Positions 51,200 to 63,424 of a stretch of DNA of 64,000 bases are shown one piece after another; positions within the stretch are counted from its first letter, which is position 1; every line of letters starts with the position of its first letter. The DNA is from Octopus sinensis (taxonomy: Eukaryota): contig NC_043011.1 of NCBI RefSeq assembly GCF_006345805.1, forward strand, positions 35,972,464-36,036,463, given 5' to 3'. The position numbers and the translations under genes were made by a program. The notes beneath the pieces are model-generated. The model did no database searches. It was not told the DNA's origin and saw nothing but the letters and a program-made list of their open reading frames with translations.

Positions 51200-51624
51200 C
51201 TTACCACAAACCACTCCCAGACGATTTTCAGCTTTGGTTACAGCTACAGCATATATATTTTTCTGTCGTGTGATAACATTTGTCTGAAGGCGTATGCTTC
51301 CCACCACCCAGATCAATACTAGAAAGGCAACGTTACTTATACATGATTAGCAAACCATTTTTTCACTGATGGCGATGATTTATTATTAACTGATTTTCTT
51401 ACATGTAACCCTGAATGACTATCATGATAAATCTTGGGAAATCACGATTATAATATGAATATTTGAAGAGATTATTAGCATCTATGATAGTGGTCATTTG
51501 GTAGAACCGTTTATGCATTGAGAAAATGTCTTACGTTATTTGTTCCAGCTTCATAAGTACATCCGTTAAACATCGATAAAATAAAGTCTCAATCAAGTGG
51601 TTGAGTCCATGTAATCGGCTAGTC

Positions 51625-52491
51625 CGGGGGTCAACAAACTACGGCCCGTGGGTCGTATTCGGTCCACTAAATCAGTTCATCTGGACCGCCACTGCACTGT
51701 GCCTTTTGTGTAAGTACCTGCAATGAGAGTTCATTTGCTTCTGGTATGGCAGTGGATGGAAGCACTCCGTCGGTTACGACGACGAGGGTTCCGGTTGATC
51801 CGAATCAACGGAACAGCCTGCTCGTGAATTTAACGTGTAAGTAGTTCTCGGGGATATTCAGCGTGACACAGAGTGTGACAAGGCCGGCCCTTTGAAATAC
51901 AGGTACAACAGAAACAGGAAGTAAGAGTGAGAGAAAGTTGTGGTGAAAGAGTACAGCAGGGATCAACACCACCCCCTGTCGGAGCCTCGTGGAGCTTTTA
52001 GGTGTTTTCGCTCAATAAACACTCCCAACGCCCGGTCTGGGAATCGAAACCGCGATCCTATGACAGCGAGTCCGCTGCCCTAACCACTGGGCCATTGCGC
52101 CTCCACAGTGTTTGGAACAACTTATATCTGTAAGTAAACATCTTCAATAATGAAGGATGGGAAGTCAACACATCGAATGAGGTTGATTGATGAATATTTG
52201 AGAGCAATTCTCTTGGTTGGATGCAAATATTGATGATATCTTAAAAGCTAGACACCAAATCCCACCAACCTTTTTTGCTGCTTAGTTTGTGAGATTCGGA
52301 TATGTGTACACTGGGTGTGATATCTTATTGCTAACGTTGCCTTCTTTGATAATTTTTTAGTAAATAAATATGTTAGTTATCATCAATTTTTGTGTATTCA
52401 CTGTATTGTATTGAACAAATTGGTTATGCGGCCCGCGCTCGTCTACTCTCAGTTATTTCGCCCGCCGTGAAAAAAGGTTTGGTGACCTCTG
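51625..52491 (+). mobile_element. hAT-Charlie non-autonomous element with 8-bp TSD
   Basis: TIRs CGGGGGTCAACAAACT / GGTTTGGTGACCTCTG; TSD GGCTAGTC / GGCTAGCC; remnant MAVFGTTYIC..FSIMKDGKSTHRMRLIDEYL. Confidence 0.88.
51755..52105 (-). mobile_element. SINE family C nested in the Charlie element
   Basis: TSD CAGTG (51750-51754, 52106-52110). Confidence 0.92.
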
Positions 52492-53116
52492 GGCTAGCCC
52501 ATCCCACAAATTCCAGGCCTTGTGCCTATATTCGAAACATTATAGATTTACTTCTGTCTGCGTTTCGTTCCAGTTTTTCCTGTTTAATACTTCTCTCTTC
52601 AAAATGCTTCGATGCACTGAGTAGATTTCTTGTTTATTTTTTTTTTCAGAGGAGATTTATAGACGGTTTAATGACAGACCTTATTATCAAGGAGAATAAT
52701 AACGTCGTGTTAAGGTGATTAATCTTTTTCATATGTCAGTTTATATAATTATTACCTCTTTAAAAGTCTACTTCACTCCACCTAATTATATTTAACTTCC
52801 TTACCAATATACGTATGTGTAAGTCAGCTAATTCAGTTGCTTAATCCTCTTAATTCTTTTGTTCCCCACCGTAGTCTCACATTAACTGCGCTCAACATTT
52901 CTCTTAATAAAAATTTTCACAACCAATGTGACACAATTAGATTATTGCTTACTACTAGTCTTCGAATATAAATGACAGTGTCTCTCTCTCTCTCTCTCCG
53001 TTTGTTCGCCCCACTGACAAGCGCATCAAAAAAAAAATAACTGCTATGATATTTCTGTTTTCTATGCATTTCGTTAAATTTGATTTGTAAGCACGTCGTT
53101 TCCAAGAGCACAATAC

Positions 53117-53350
53117 CTATTTCTTTACTACCCACACGGGGCTAAACACAGAGAGGACAAACAAGGACAGATAAACGGATTAAGTCGATTATATCGACCC
53201 CAGTGTGTAACTGGTACTTAATTTATCGACCCCGAAAGGATGAAAGGCAAAGTCGACCTCGGCAGAATTTGAACTCAGAACGTGTCGGCAGACGAAATAC
53301 GGCTACGCATTTCGCCCGGGTGCTAACGTTTCTGCCAGCTCACCGCCTTC
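53117..53350 (-). mobile_element. SINE family A, full length
   Basis: High similarity to 63058-63291. Confidence 0.9.
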
Positions 53351-54290
53351 TTACCGCAAACCACTCCTATAAAATCATAGACGATTTTCGGCTTTGGTTA
53401 CATCTACAGCGTATATATTTTTCTGCAGTTAGTTCCTATGTCGAGTGAAAACAATTGCCTGAAGGCGTATCCTTCCCACCACCCAGATCAATACTTAAGC
53501 GTTACTTATACAGGATTAGCAAACGATTTTCTCCTTGATGGCGATGATCTATTATTAACTGGTTTTCTTGCATGTAGCCCTGAATGACTATCATGATCAG
53601 TCTTGGGAAATCACGATTATCTAGTCTTCGAATATAAATGACAGTGTCTCCCTCTCTATGTTTGTTCGCCCCACTGACAAGCGCATCAAAATGAAATTGC
53701 TATGATATTTCTGTTTTCTCTGCATTTCGTTAAATTTGATTTTTAAGTACATCTTTTCCTAGAGCACAATACCACCTAAGTTAACTGCCTCAGATTTCTC
53801 TCGTGCTCCATACGAACTACCCGGACTTCACATCTCAGTCTACTATCTTGCAAGACTGTTTTATGCCTAGAATATTTGCTAACTTCAGAGCATCAAAATC
53901 ATTTTCGTAGTCTCTTAAGTAACATTGGGAAGAAACTTTTGTTGAAAATTCTCCAACCGTTTATCATAGTTTCAATATAATGCATAATGCATATTGTCTA
54001 TGATTCACAGACATACAACAAAACGGACAAAATACCTGCTCGGAAAATAGATATATGTTAGCGCCATTTATTTTATATATATCATTGAGACCAAAACACA
54101 AATTTTAAGTTTCCAAAAGAAATCCATCCATATCTCTTGTGTTCTTTTTCTTCTTATTTTGTTATCAAAAATTGAATCTCTGTTCTACAGGCTGCTGCCA
54201 TGATATATGAAAGATGCTAAGTTTATCAGTTTTAACATACCAACAGGTTCGGACCAACCGCAAGCTTTACAACACACACACACACACATA

Positions 54291-54366
<76 letters not shown>

Positions 54367-55839
54367 AGAGGGAGAGAGAGACGTATGTGTACGTAAACAT
54401 ATATATATTAGAATATGTATGTGATATCTGTGCGCGTGCGCATGGATAATCAATTTTGGGAATAAATAAAAACTGACTTGTTTCACTTTTAAGTGATGTC
54501 ATTTCCAGATGTAATGGAAAATTCCAAACAAGATACACACAATTTTTGAAATATCTTTTAGAAGAGAGATAATGAATACAAAATTGCTTTCAGTATTAAA
54601 AAAAAAAAAGTAGTTTTTAGTTAAAGTAACATGCAATTATATTTTACCAGATCAGATCCAAAACTGCATTATGAATGGCAATTGAATAAAGAGAACATCT
54701 TAAAATCTGACTTAGAATTTATTTAATTTGCCTTTTAAAGGAGAATAAGATACTTATATTCTGTGTCTTCCATATACATATTTGTATAGATTGAATCTCT
54801 TTCTGTGTGTGTGTGTGTATGTGTGTGCACAGCATTACTTTGTGTTGAATATAATTATATTTTATCAGGTCTCTCTGGAAAGCTTTGTGAATTTTGTAAA
54901 GTGTGTTTTAAAATATACATGACATTAACATGTGTGCATATATGCGTGTTCATATGAGTGTGTACGCACATCATAATTTATTTCCATCATCTGTTTCATC
55001 TCTGTGTTTTTTTTTTTTTATTTAGTTTACATCAATTTTCAAATAGATTGACTCTCTATGTTTCTCATCTATGTCACCTGCTTTCTTGAGTCTTAAATTA
55101 ATCATATTTATTTTTTTATGAGCTTATAATGATATTTTTCATATTTCTTCATTTTTGAAATCTTGTTGGCAATATTTCTACTAATATTCTTATAAATCCC
55201 TTTTAGGAAACATGTAATTTAATCCAGTTTCTTTAGTTTATTTACCAGACCAGCTGTTTTAACCACTGGCCGTTTTTCAAGGAGAACAACAGCGTTGTCA
55301 TTTTTAAGATTATTAAATATTTGTAGTAATTAGTTATTCCTTCTTCAAAGGTCTACATCATTCCAAATCAGCTGTACTTGATTTCGACACGAATTCCGGT
55401 GTAAATCATCTCTCCTGTTATTTGATAATCTTAATTCTTTTCTTCTCTGCTATTTTCTCTCATTAATGATGTTTTGTTTATAACTTATCATGCCAATGTA
55501 GCACAAATTATGACTATAATTGGCAGTGTCTCCTTGTCTCTGTATGTCCGTCTCAGTGGCATGTACATCAAAGGCAAAAAAAGTGCTCTGATACTTTCAC
55601 TATCTCTGTATTTCATTAAACACCTGACATCGTTTCCATAGCTGGAGACAGTAAAAATGTACGTGGGTGTACGTGGGTGTACATAAGGTTTTGTTAATAA
55701 ATGACAAAGGCCGTCTAAATTGAACGTGTTGGTATCTAGATATTTCAGTTCAATCTTATCAGCTAAATTTAATAATTATAGTTCATCTCTTTCCATCTAT
55801 ATATCTATGTATAAATGCATGTATCTATCTCTATGTCTG

Positions 55840-56729
55840 TCTCTCTGATTGTTGCCATCGTAACGAAGCCAAAGCACGCAGAGTAAAGCCGCTTGGCAAA
55901 GATTGACATTAAGCTATGTTGTGTATGTGCACTAAGTTTTAATACTCTAGATCAATTTTTCCTGCTTACAGCAGTGCTAGGAAGGAAGGTGGGTAGCATG
56001 TGATCGTCACATTGCCCATGACAGAGAAAGCTGTCATAGCGATACCTGCTCAGAGACTTGAGCAAAGGTGTAGAAAGTGTGTGGAGATGAGTGTATGAGT
56101 CGCACACAAGTGTACGAGTGGTTCAGATGTTTCTAAGATGGCCAAAAATATGTCGATATTAACAAATGTTCTGGGAGACTCGCAACCAGCAGAACTGAGA
56201 AAAATATCGCAGATGTGCGTGCAGCTGTGAGGGGAATTCGTCGAATCACCAACCGTGAATAATCAGAAGATATGCAGATTAGTTATAGTTGAGTTCAATC
56301 TATTATCACTGAAGATTTGGGTATGAGAGACGTGTCTGCCAAGTTTGTACCAAAACTGCTTTCCATTGAGCAAAGGGACACTCGGGTTTCAGTTGCACAA
56401 AAACTTCTTGATTGTGTCGAGTACGATGAAAACGTTTTGAAAACTTTGTGTAGGCCTCTGAGCAGGTATCGGCAAGCTTTTGGCAAAATTTGATGCAGAT
56501 TCTCTACTCGATTTTCTCTGTCATGGCCAATGTCACGATCACGCGCTACACATCTTACTTCCAAGCACTGATGTAAGTAGCGAAATTGAGCTAGAACGTT
56601 AAAACTTAGTGAGCATGCACAACAAAGATTATGGACAATGTGTGCCAGTGGATTCACTCTGCATGCTTTATTGCTTTAACAACTTCGTTATTATGGCAAC
56701 ATTCCGGGTACTTATTGATCAGACTACGG

Positions 56730-56731
<2 letters not shown>
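55840..56731 (+). mobile_element. Mariner derivative made of two transposon left ends in inverted orientation
   Basis: Plus-strand remnant MSRTQVYEWF..VSAKFVPKLLSIEQRDTR; minus strand 56524 down MTEKIE*RICIKFCQKLADTCSEAYTK; right TIR ends CTACGG|TA. Confidence 0.88.
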
Positions 56732-56775
<44 letters not shown>

Positions 56776-56776
<1 letters not shown>

Positions 56777-57190
56777 GGCGCAGGAGTGGCTATAGGCGTA
56801 GGAGTGGCTGTGTGGTAAATAGCTTCCTTACCAACCACATGGTCCCAGGTTCAGTCCCTTGGTACCTTGCGTAAGTTTAGGTACCACTATTGCCTCGAAC
56901 CGACCAAAGACTTGTGAATGGATTTGGTAGACGGAAACTGAAAGAAGCCTGTCGTATGTGCATGTGCGTGTGGTAACGTGTGTGTGCGTGTGTATGTTTG
57001 TGTGTCTGTGTCCCCCCCCCAACATCACTTGACAACCGATGCTGGTCTGTTTACGTCCCCGTAACATAGCGGTTCAGCAATAGAGACCGACAGAATAGTA
57101 GGCTTACAAAGCATAAGTGCTGCGGTCGATTTGCTTGATCAAAGGCGGTGCTCCAGCATGGCCGCAGTTAAGTAACTGAAATAAATGAAA
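56776..57190 (+). mobile_element. SINE family B
   Basis: Head GGCGTAGGAGTGGCTGTGTGG. Confidence 0.88.
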
Positions 57191-57203
57191 GAATGAAAGA
57201 ATA

Positions 57204-58486
57204 TATAGTGTGCGATTGGTAAATTGTCGCCATTCTCTATTTTCAATTTTGCATGCGCATTCTTTGTTCTTGAGTTTGTCGACTACACAGCAAAGTAGGC
57301 TCAGTTGGGCACCGTCTGTGAGAAAAGCAACACTGTGACGCAATTCACTCTGCCAGAAATTTGGAAATGACATGCTATACTGCTTGGCATTCACGCCAGA
57401 AGCTCCAATACGAACATTTCAGAGTGTTTGGGTGTCAGTCTAATTCGGAAAGAGTTGGATGAGTCTAATGGTGATTACGGATGTTCGGCAGATCGGAATA
57501 CTCACTCTCAACGTTCTGATAAGAAAAGAACACCTGAATTTGTTGGTGGCATCCACACCATGATTGACAACCATTTATCCAAGTCAATTAGGTCCATCGC
57601 GAGGGACATGGGAGTGTCTGAGTATTTCATCAGGCAGGGACTGCATGAAGACATTCGGTATTTCTCATTCAAGAAGAGAAAGGGTCAATTTTTATTTCAA
57701 GCCACCAAGGAGAAGAGGAAAGACCCCGTTATGAAGATTTTTAACAAACTCAAGCACCCACTTCAACTGATCATGCTTCGGTTTTTCTCAGACGAGAAAC
57801 ATTTCTACCAGGAAGAAATGGTGAACACCCAGAACAAACGCTGGCTTACCGTGTCCCTAAAATATGTATCGAGAGTGATAAAAATCAAATATCCAGTCAA
57901 CATCGTGGTGTTTGGAGTGATGCCGACGTTATGCCTCCATTCCTTTTCCTACACGGCCTCAGACTCAACACGGAGGCCTACATCAAGTGGCTGGAGGAGA
58001 TAGTATCGCCCTGGGTCAGGAGTGTGGCTTCTGGAAGAGCCTATGTCTGGCAACAGGCCTCTGTACTATGCCACACAAGCAAAAGAATCCAGTCATGGCT
58101 ATCAGACAATTTCTGCCATCGCACCACCTTTAACATTTTGCCATCTAACTCCCCAGACTGCAACCCCTTGATTATTATGTGTGGGGCGGAGTTGAACGAG
58201 AAGACAACAAAACTCCTTGTAATACCAAAGACAAACTGAAGGCAAAGATTATGGCAGCATTCACCAACTTAAACAAGGAGACCGTCCAGAAGAGTTGCAG
58301 GAAATTTCGAAGTCGTCTGGAAGCTGTGGTTAAGCCAGTGGCGATTTTATTGAATAAATTTACTCTTTAGCATTTCAAGATATTTTTCTGTAATTTTGGT
58401 AACTATATATGTTAAAATGGAGATGTCAGTGTTATTTTCATTTTTGCGTAATTTAGACGTCAATTTATTCACTGCACGCTGTCTGT
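57204..58486 (+). mobile_element. Near full-length Tc1/mariner element of the DD37D (maT) type, decayed
   Basis: Transposase 57335-58370: FFSDEK, WQQ(A, Asp lost), SPDCNPL(D) with 37 residues between; degenerate 26-bp TIRs; about 1.28 kb. Confidence 0.88.
57335..58370 (+). pseudogene. DD37D transposase pseudogene
   Basis: ORFs 57428..58003, 57931..58239 and 58179..58370 join through frameshifts. Confidence 0.88.
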
Positions 58487-59089
58487 ATATATGTATATGT
58501 ATGCATATAGGTAAGTTTATGTATATATATATGGGTGTGATAGTGTGTATGTGTGTGTGTGTTGTTTATGTATGTATATGTATATATATATACATACATA
58601 TATATATATATATATATATGTATTCATTTATGCCTGTGTAATTGAATATATATATATTTATGTATAAATGCACACGCACACACACACTCACATATATATA
58701 GGTCTAAAAGACGCACAATGTTTGAATCACGTCTGATGAAGTGCCTCACTAATGTCTAAAACTGCAAACAACGTAAATTTTTGCGTAAACTGGCGTTGCA
58801 AATGTAGCTGATATGGAAACAATTGTAATGAATCCATGAAGATGTGTTAAAGAATTTTCTTCTCCTTGTCATTTGGATTTTCATTTTTCGCCTAATCTAC
58901 TTTACGAGGGAATCGTAGTGTAACTTGGATTTTCTTCACCTGAGGATTTCCGGCTTTGGCCTGGAACGCGACAGTGTTGATAGCCGAGTATTCGGGTGAG
59001 GTGCTTCTCTGGAAATAAACTAGCACTACACCCTACCTACCTTATATATGTGTATGTGTTTATATATATATATATACTCTGTTTTCTGT

Positions 59090-59311
59090 CTTTTACTTGT
59101 TTCAGTCATTTGACTGCGGCCATGCTGGAGCACATCCTTTAGTCGAGCAACTCGGGACTTATTCTTTGTAAGCCCAGTACTTATTTTATCGGTCTCTTTT
59201 GCCGAACCGCTAGGTGACGGGGACGTAAACACAACAGCATCGGTTGTCAAGCAATGCTAGGGGGACAAACACAGACACACAAACACACACACACACACAC
59301 CACACACATAT

Positions 59312-59363
<52 letters not shown>

Positions 59364-59529
59364 TATGACGGGCTTCTTTCAGTTTCCGTCTACCAAATCC
59401 ACTCAGAAGGCTTTGGTCGGCCCGAGGCTATATTAGAAGACACTTGCCCAAGGTGCCACGTAGTGGGACTGTACCCGGAACCATGTGGTTGGTATGCAAG
59501 CTACTTACCACACACCCACTCCTGCGCCT
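59090..59529 (-). mobile_element. SINE family B, full length
   Basis: Full match including CORE-like motif. Confidence 0.92.
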
Positions 59530-59576
59530 ATATATATATATATATATATATATAGATATATATATATATATATATA

Positions 59577-59821
59577 TTGGGCTGATGCATAATTATTGCG
59601 GCTTTATTTTAACAAATTTTATTCAGCAAAAACAATAATATTTTAAACAAAAACATCTTTAAATGGCGGTCTGACCGTCTGTCAAGAAAACGGGAAGCAG
59701 TAATTGAAGTAGATGGTGAATATACTCCGGAATAATAATTTAAAGATTTTTTTGTTTCATGTTATTGTTTTTGTTGAATAAATTTGTTGAAAAAAGCCGC
59801 AAAGATTAGGCACATACCCAA
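59577..59821 (+). mobile_element. Mariner-derived MITE (Hsmar1/MADE1-like TIR)
   Basis: About 65-bp TIRs TTGGGCTGATGCATAATTATTGCGGC, TA flanks; centre encodes RLSRKREAVIEVDGEYTPE*, a mariner C-terminus. Confidence 0.85.
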
Positions 59822-60352
59822 TATATGTATGTGTGTGTGTGTGTGCGCGTATTTTCTCTTGCTATGTGCACGTATGTGATTTGAAAGGAATGTGACTGTA
59901 TTTTTAGCAGGTCGGGTAACCATACAGAAATCCATTTATTGATTTCTTAAATAAGAGTTTTATCATATGCTCGTCTCTTATGAATTGATCTACCAAAACC
60001 ATCTTTCATCAAACCGACTAACAGAGACAGATATATATGGATGGAGGGATGGATGGAGGGGTGGATGGATGGATGGATGGATGAAAGGATGGATGTAGAC
60101 GCTTTTTTTCTCTACTGCACTACCAACTATATAAAGAGCACGCAAACATGTTGAGAATTAGATAAATGTAATTTCTGTAGTCAAAACCGTCTTCCAAAAA
60201 CTTCCATTTTCAAAAGAATTTCTGGAAAACAAAAATTGCTTTTTTCAAAGAGAAAATAAGAAGAAATAAAAATGAAATAAGATAAAACGCACAGACGCGC
60301 CCGCACGCACACGCACACGGGCGCAACCGAATTGGAAAATATTTGAAATTTG

Positions 60353-60476
60353 TGATGATGAAAATGGTGATGATGATGATGATCATCATAAAGATGGTGG
60401 TAGTGGTGGTGATAATGATGGTAGAGGTGGTGATGATGATGATGGTGGAGGTGGTGCTGACGACGACGATGACAAT
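60353..60476. repeat. (GAT)/(GGT) trinucleotide repeat
   Basis: Direct reading; source of poly-His and poly-Met/Val ORFs. Confidence 0.9.
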
Positions 60477-60814
60477 GAAAATACGGAGAGATACTCTCAC
60501 ACATACACACGGAATAATACTGTAGGATTTTCCAATTTCCAATTGTGTGCAGTTTCCAAACAAGGTTAAAAGTAATCGATATACATCTATAACATCCATA
60601 ATATTATTGATAATTCATAATTGAATGATTTTTTTTGTACAATAACGTTTTTTTTCTGAATTACATATTAAAGACACACACACACACACACGTACACGTG
60701 TATACACATACTCAGGTACACATATAAGTGTACGAGCATACAGTAACACAATTTTTTGATTATACACAAACGTACACACGCACATATGTGTATATATATA
60801 CATACTTACATGTG

Positions 60815-60860
<46 letters not shown>

Positions 60861-61094
60861 TGCATTGCATATATATATACATATAGTTATATATATATAT
60901 ATATAGATATAGATATATACATACACAAAGGTACACACATACAAGTGAGTGGACATATGAAAGAAAGTGGTACTCCACACATTTGCAAGGGCGACATAAA
61001 TCGGCTGTAGTTACTATGGGCAGCAGGTATTATATACCCTGCACTTGTGTATGGGTCATCAGAGGTACGCTATGTTAATGAACTTCAAGTGTCT

Positions 61095-61212
61095 GGGAGA
61101 CCGATAGAATAAGTACAAGGCTTACAAAGAATAAGTCCTGGGGCCGATTTGCTCGACTAAAGGCGGTGCTCCACCATGGCCACAGTCAAATGACTGAAAT
61201 AAGTAAAAGAGT
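61095..61212 (+). mobile_element. SINE family B 3' fragment
   Basis: GACCGATAGAATAAGTAC..GACTGAAATAAGTAAAAGAG. Confidence 0.85.
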
Positions 61213-61254
61213 ATAAGCACGATGCTTATACTATAACAAATTACTATAACAAAT

Positions 61255-61635
61255 GGAGGCGCAATGATCCAGTGGTTAGGGCAGCGGACTCGCGGTCGTA
61301 GGATCGCGGTTTCGATTCCCAGACCGGGCGTTGTGAGTGTTTATTGAGCGAAAACACCTAAAGCTCCACGAGGCTCCGGCAGGGGATGGTGGTGATCCCT
61401 GCTGTACTCTTTCACCACAACTTTCTCTCACTCTTACTTCCTGTTTCTGTTGTACCTGTATTTCAAAGGGCCGACCTTGTCACTCTCTGTGTCACGCTGA
61501 ATATCCCCGAGAACTACGTTAAGGGTACACGTGTCTGTGGAGTGCTCAGCCACTTACACGTTAATTTCACGAGCAGGCTGTTCCGTTGGTCGGATCAACC
61601 GGAACCCTCGTCGTCGTAACCGACGGAGTGCTTCC
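61255..61635 (+). mobile_element. SINE family C, full length, 12-bp TSD
   Basis: TSD ACTATAACAAAT (61243-61254, 61636-61647); A box and B box GGTTTCGATTCC. Confidence 0.95.
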
Positions 61636-63057
61636 ACTATAACAAATAGAGAGTATAATAAAAATTTCATCGGATTCCAGGAGGGAAAATATATTCATGA
61701 AGTTTGGAAAGAGCAAAACTTTCAAGAAGGAAAACAAATTCGGGAGAAAGGCATCAATATTTGATATACCGCATCATCTTGGAAAAAAAATTCTTTTCCA
61801 AGAATATGCAGTATACTATAAAGTTATTCAGACAATACCATTTGCTAACGAACAAGTTTATTACTTACAATCTATGTTGAATGTTTGTTGATGAACATAA
61901 GATATCTTTTTGATCTGTTAATGGTTGAAAATGCTTTGCAAGTAACCATTTTTTCCCACTTTCTGAGACTCGATAATGGCAATTGTTTCCTTTCAATCGA
62001 AGAATGCATTTATTCTCGAATAATTAGTGTCTTTGAAGAATAAACTATGCGACAACTATTTTGCAACAATACACCAAAATTTGTCACCTAAGAAGCATCG
62101 TCTTATGAAATACAAAAGTATTTCATATCAACTACCTTTTATCTGTTATTTGTTTCAGTCATTAGACTACCGCCAGTCTTAGGCACCACTTTGAAGAGAT
62201 AAACTCTTAGACAAGTTTCCATACAGTTGGATTGAACTGAGAACCACGCGGTTGCGAAGCAAACTTCCTACCATACAGCCACGTCAGTGCCTTAGAATAT
62301 ATGATCTGAAATTATAAAAGCTGCTGTTGATTCTTTTTAAGGAAAATGAGAAATTCGTAAACGTGGCTTTATCGGAATAATGTGGTATCTACCTGCAACT
62401 GTATGAGAATAACTAACGTTATTAAAAGAGGTGTATTAGTTAAATTGCTAAAGCATCATCACATAATAACTTACAGTATTTCTGCCAGCTTTCTACATTC
62501 TGAGTTAAAATTCTGCGGATGTCTGCTTTGCCTTTTATCCCTCCAGAGTCGATAAAATGTAATCCTAGACAAGTACTAAACTTGAGGGTATCAACTAACA
62601 CTTTTCTCTCGAAATTGCTGGTACCATGCTTAAATCAGAGACCATTATAAAACGGTTGTGGATTGGATATTTCTTCCTTTTTTTATGTTCTGAGATCAAA
62701 TACTGCCGAGGCCAAATATGCATTTCGTTCTTACAGAGTCGACGAACTAAAATATCAGTCAACTATTAGAATTGGTGGTCCAAGCCTTCTGCCAATATTG
62801 GAAAGAATTAAGAGAACGTTTTTGCTTCTAACTTTTCTGGATTAGGTTTCAGTGTCCCATAAATAATTTCGTATTTTCATGAATGGATATTTCGTGTGTC
62901 ACATATATAATTTTACAAATTTAGAGTAAGTTGACAGTAAGTTGATACCTGTACAGTTTTAATAAAAAATCCCTTCAAATTTAAGGTGTTTTATAATCAT
63001 AGTAGTTAAGTCACAAAATGAGAGGATAGGTAAAGTACCATTATACTGAATATGTAC

Positions 63058-63291
63058 GAAGGCGGCGAGCTGGCAGAAACGTTAGCACGCCGGGCGAAAT
63101 GCGTAGCCGTATTTCGTCTGCCGTTACATTCTAAGTTCAAATTCCGCCGAGGTCGACTTTGCCTTTCATTCTTTCGGGGTCGATAAGTTAAGTACCAGTT
63201 ACGCACTGAGATCGATATAATCGACTTAATCCGTTTGTCTGTCCTTGTTTGTCCCCTCCGTGTTTAGACCCTTGTGGGTAGTAAAGAAATA
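63058..63291 (+). mobile_element. SINE family A, full length, 16-bp TSD
   Basis: TSD TATACTGAATATGTAC (63042-63057, 63292-63307). Confidence 0.95.
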
Positions 63292-63424
63292 TATACTGAA
63301 TATGTACTTTTATGGAAGGCCATAAAATTTTGGGTCAGCAATAATCTTACATAGAGACCATCTATTTTGGAAAATCTGATATCATTATAAGCATTACTGT
63401 TTAGGAGCAAACATCACAAATCTT

